Origin: a virus
Lineage: Duplodnaviria; Caudoviricetes
Virus record (IMG/VR): IMGVR_UViG_3300030090_002418
Span: 1-29,426 of that record
Length of the DNA stretch: 29,426 nt
Reading direction: 5' to 3' (one strand)
Positions 25,854 to 29,426 of this stretch are shown here, piece by piece. Position numbers and translations under genes: made by a program. Below the pieces are notes generated by a model, which worked only from the letters and a program-made list of their open reading frames with translations, made no database searches and was not told the DNA's origin. Positions within the stretch are counted from its first letter, which is position 1, and the number at the start of each line of letters is the position of its first letter.

Positions 25854-26950
25854 TGGCTATAAGACAATCAAGAGGGATAACTTTAGGCAAAGGTACTCCA
25901 CAGCGTCTTGAAGGCCAAAATGGGGATATAACAATACGCTCATCTAGAAAAGGGCTAAAGTTATATGTAAAAGAATCTAATAAATGGCACAGTGTAGACC
26001 TTGATATAGACCTAAGACAAATAGCATCTACTGTTAGAAGGTTAGAAGATGAGGTTAAAAGGCTGTCTACTAAAACAAATAACACTCCTGTTGTAGATAA
26101 ATTATTATTAAGACAACCAGGTGGAACGTCATCAGTTGGTATACAAAATAAATCAGGTAACATAGCATTTAGAAATTCTACTGACACTGGTGAAGCCAAA
26201 ATACAATCTGTACCTTTTGATATAGGAACTAACAATTCTTCTGGTAAAAGTTGGGGGCAATTCTATTACGACTCTTCTTCTAAAAAACATTTTATAGAAT
26301 CTAGAGGTTTAATTAATTATGCAAATTTAAATAATCCAGACTCAACAGCCAACTCTCAAATTACATTAGTGAGCGATGAGGGAGATTCATCTTTAAATTT
26401 TATGGAAAGAGCAAATCTTAAATACATTTTAGGTTATGACCATTTAAAAGCAGATGGGTCTACTTCAGATGCAAGATTTAAAATACACACTGGAGCTGCA
26501 TTTGCTGATGATTCTGTATTTAATTTAGATGCTAATGGAACTTATATTATGGGTAATGTAGGTATAGGCACTACAAGTCCTACTACTACACTTGACGTAG
26601 AAGGTACTGTATCATATAAACATACTGCATTTAGTACAGCAGGGCCTACAGATGGTATTGATGTATCAGATACTACAGTATTAGAAGTAGATACTTCAAG
26701 TAATAATGTTGTAATAGGAGGGTTTAGTGGTGGCGTACAAGGGCAAATATTACATATAGTAAAAACAGATACTGCTAATCTTATACAATTAGAGCATAAT
26801 GAAACACCAGCAGCAGGTTCTCATCAAAAAATTTATTTAACGTCAGGTGCTGATGAAAGAGTTGTAGGATATGGTGGCTATACATTATATTGTAACGGTG
26901 CTTCTTGGTTTTCATTAAGCAACCCAACAGGAGCTGCTGATGCTGGATAA
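25853..26950 (+). CDS. tail fibre/spike-like protein
   Basis: Short coiled coil followed by a beta-rich region with GNVGIGTTSPTTTLDVEG. Confidence 0.6.
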   Translation: MAIRQSRGITLGKGTPQRLEGQNGDITIRSSRKGLKLYVKESNKWHSVDLDIDLRQIASTVRRLEDEVKRLSTKTNNTPVVDKLLLRQPGGTSSVGIQNKSGNIAFRNSTDTGEAKIQSVPFDIGTNNSSGKSWGQFYYDSSSKKHFIESRGLINYANLNNPDSTANSQITLVSDEGDSSLNFMERANLKYILGYDHLKADGSTSDARFKIHTGAAFADDSVFNLDANGTYIMGNVGIGTTSPTTTLDVEGTVSYKHTAFSTAGPTDGIDVSDTTVLEVDTSSNNVVIGGFSGGVQGQILHIVKTDTANLIQLEHNETPAAGSHQKIYLTSGADERVVGYGGYTLYCNGASWFSLSNPTGAADAG

Positions 26951-27034
26951 TAAAAGACTAGGATTATTAAAAAATATTTATTATGAATATTTAATATATT
27001 TTTATAAATTACACACAGAACTGTAAGGAGAATA

Positions 27035-27919
27035 ATGGCACAACAATTTGCATTAGAAAATTTAGCATCAAAAATAAACTTGTCTGAAAAAAGAGCAAGA
27101 CAAGACTATTTAAATAAGGAAGCTAATCAAGCTACTAAACTTCTTGAAAAACAGTTAGATGATATGCAGAAAAAAGCCCAAGAAGATACAGGTTTATTTG
27201 CTAGATTTGGTAAAAATGCAGGAATAGCAAAAACACTGACAACTATAGCTTTAAATGCTATACCTGGCTTTGGACAAGCTGCAGCGTTTGCTTTAAACGC
27301 AGCTGATTTAGCTAAGTCTCAATCAGACATGAAAAAAAATATTAAAGAAGTTTCTCAAGCTAAAGGAGTACCTGCTAGGTTTGCTGGTACATTTTTAGAA
27401 GATTATCTTAGAGGTGGACTTATGGGCGCTCAATCACAATTAAAGTCAGGATTGCAGGGAGGTATGCAAACAAATTTATTAACTGGTCTTGCATCTTTAG
27501 TTCCATCAGCATTAGGAGCAGCAGGACAAGCAGGAGACCTTTTAAATATTACGCAAAAAGTTGTAGACCCTGCTAATGTAGCTAAAAACATTATGGCAGG
27601 AACAGGTGGAAAGTCAAATATATTAAATGTTGTAAAATCTGCAGGTACTAAAGTTATTGAACCAACTAATTTTAGTAACATTTTAAATAGATTAAAAGAG
27701 GCTTCTGTACCAGGCGGTATGGGAGCAGTTGCATTTAAAGACTTATTAAAACCTGTTGCAGATACTGGTATAGAAAACCCTGCATTAAAAGCGCTTGCTA
27801 GTTCTGCTTTAACACCAGCAAATTATGCGCCATTATTACAAGATTTATATATGAATTATTTAACTAAACCAGCTGGAGAGCCTGTAATGACAAGGGCATC
27901 TGCTCCAAAAGTATATTAA
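27035..27919 (+). CDS. probable internal virion/ejection protein
   Basis: SD AAGGAG; Ala/Gly-rich hydrophobic segments (AIPGFGQAAA); follows the tail genes after an AT-rich gap. Confidence 0.55.
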   Translation: MAQQFALENLASKINLSEKRARQDYLNKEANQATKLLEKQLDDMQKKAQEDTGLFARFGKNAGIAKTLTTIALNAIPGFGQAAAFALNAADLAKSQSDMKKNIKEVSQAKGVPARFAGTFLEDYLRGGLMGAQSQLKSGLQGGMQTNLLTGLASLVPSALGAAGQAGDLLNITQKVVDPANVAKNIMAGTGGKSNILNVVKSAGTKVIEPTNFSNILNRLKEASVPGGMGAVAFKDLLKPVADTGIENPALKALASSALTPANYAPLLQDLYMNYLTKPAGEPVMTRASAPKVY

Positions 27920-27927
27920 GGACTTAT

Positions 27928-28638
27928 ATGAGTGTATTAGATTATTTACTACCAAAATCATTTATGTCAGATGTGCAAACTACATTTGGACCTAAAAGAT
28001 TTGACACATTAAGTGACCAAGACTTTACTCCAGGTAGGTCAGACCAGGATGTTTACAATAAGTATGTAAATATGATGGACCAAGGTTATTTTATAGACCC
28101 AAAAGTTTACGATGTTTTAACAAGTAGTTCAAACGAAAGAGCAGCTTTTTTTGAAAGTTTAGGAATTTCAGATGATATTGGTGATTGGTATGAAGGAATT
28201 ACTGACCCAGAAAGTGAGTACTACGCTTTTACAGCTCCAGAAGATGTAAAGCAAATTCAAAATATATTTGGAGGACAATCATTAGCAGAAGGTTTTCAAC
28301 AGGCTGGTGTTTCAGGGTTTGACCCAAGCATGGCTTCACCAATGAAATTATCTTCACTTAGAAATATAGACCCTGGAAGTTATACTAAAGAAACTTCTAT
28401 GAAAAGAGGTACACTTGCAGACAAATTAGCATCAAGAAGAGCGGCTGCATCTCAAGTAGGTGGTGGATTTGCTGGTTATGGTAGAAGAAATTTAGCAGAA
28501 GATTTAGCAGAGCAACAATTTATTGAAGGCTCTAGAGGTGTTATGGAGGATGTTAATAAGCAAAGAGCAGACGCTTTAAGCGAATTGTATGCTGGATTAG
28601 AAGATTATCAAGGTTTAATTAGCAGTATGGAGGGTTAG
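27928..28638 (+). CDS. probable internal virion/ejection protein
   Basis: SD AAGGA; C-terminal GGFAGYG plus helical region. Confidence 0.5.
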   Translation: MSVLDYLLPKSFMSDVQTTFGPKRFDTLSDQDFTPGRSDQDVYNKYVNMMDQGYFIDPKVYDVLTSSSNERAAFFESLGISDDIGDWYEGITDPESEYYAFTAPEDVKQIQNIFGGQSLAEGFQQAGVSGFDPSMASPMKLSSLRNIDPGSYTKETSMKRGTLADKLASRRAAASQVGGGFAGYGRRNLAEDLAEQQFIEGSRGVMEDVNKQRADALSELYAGLEDYQGLISSMEG

Positions 28639-28641
28639 CAG

Positions 28642-29426
28642 TTGGCTAAAGTATTACCCGCAGGAGCAAATGTAAATTTAAATTTAGGTGAAGACCCATT
28701 TGATAGACTGTTAAAAACTATACAAACTGCATCACAAGTACAAGGTGTTGTCAATCAAGCACAACTACAAAGAGATAGACGTAACGCTATCAAAACAGAA
28801 TCTTTGCAAACTATGATGATAAATGCAGTTTCTGGTATGGATGCTGAAAATCCATCAAGCATTGCAGAAACAAAAAATTCTCTTGTAGAAATGAAAGACA
28901 AGTTTATTGCTGAAAATCCAGGCTTATCTGATGATATTGAAACATTCTACGGGACAACATATAACACTACAATTAAGCCAATAGAAGATGTACATTCAAA
29001 ATTTAATTTAGACAAAGAAAGATTATATTCATCTATTCAAAAATTAAATGACAATATTTTAGCCCTTCCAGATGAAACAATTGTCCCTCAAGATAAAATA
29101 ATGTTTAAACAAGAGCTGATGGGACTACATAAAGCTTTGTCTAGTCTTAAAAGTAATGCAGCTTTATATAATAAAACTATGCCTGGATTAAGTGGCGCTC
29201 TTTTGTTAGATGCAGATAATGCTGAAAGGTTATCTAGAAAACTACCAGAGTTGATGGTGGGTCTTTTTGATGATTTTGAACAAGACTTAACTTCACAACT
29301 TCTAAATAACCAACTTTCTTTTCCTTTATACGAACAAGAAATGAATAAATATTATGCAGAAGGCGAGGGTAAAGCTGCTAGTATTATTGTTCCTAGACTA
29401 GAAAATGAACTACAATCTCTTTATAA
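28642..29426 (+). CDS. 5' part of a large helical protein, probable ejection protein, truncated by the window
   Basis: GGAGG at 28629-28633; TTG start (MAKVLPAGANVNLNLGEDPFD...); frame open to the end. Confidence 0.7.
   Translation, partial: MAKVLPAGANVNLNLGEDPFDRLLKTIQTASQVQGVVNQAQLQRDRRNAIKTESLQTMMINAVSGMDAENPSSIAETKNSLVEMKDKFIAENPGLSDDIETFYGTTYNTTIKPIEDVHSKFNLDKERLYSSIQKLNDNILALPDETIVPQDKIMFKQELMGLHKALSSLKSNAALYNKTMPGLSGALLLDADNAERLSRKLPELMVGLFDDFEQDLTSQLLNNQLSFPLYEQEMNKYYAEGEGKAASIIVPRLENELQSLY

Noticed and set aside
14254-26950. Diversity-generating retroelement targeting the LamG or fibre genes
   Set aside because: No reverse transcriptase and no template/variable repeat pair seen in the window
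4914-27681. Antisense and nested ORFs in the track (e.g. 12014..12562, 23613..24473, 8559..8837, 10942..11166)
   Set aside because: They overlap well-supported genes, lack SDs and show the composition expected of shadow frames
1-29426. tRNA genes, introns/inteins or stop-codon reassignment
   Set aside because: No cloverleaf in the intergenic gaps; TerL, portal and capsid are of normal length; TAA, TAG and TGA all end genes at sensible boundaries

Overview
AT-rich genome fragment of a tailed dsDNA phage (podovirus-like architecture, most similar in style to uncultured marine phages). Shine-Dalgarno (SD) motifs precede most genes. 1-2754 is a leftward array of short hypothetical (probably early) genes joined by repeated SD/stop/start junction motifs. 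It contains a complete pseudoknotted type II hammerhead ribozyme on the minus strand (1731-1806). 2755-2923 is a divergent promoter region with an 18-bp perfect palindrome. 2924-4059 is a four-gene rightward cassette bracketed by an inverted 12-bp dyad site. 4060-4608 is non-coding, with a terminator, a G8 tract and a candidate antisense structured RNA. 4609 to the end is the late morphogenesis region: TerS, small basic proteins, holin-like gene, M15 endolysin, TerL, P22-like portal, scaffold, major capsid, LamG-domain fibre/decoration proteins, head-tail adaptors, tail nozzle, tail fibre-like protein and probable ejection proteins. Two tail genes look split, and GATC appears to be avoided. 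All calls come from reading the sequence by eye; no database searches were run.
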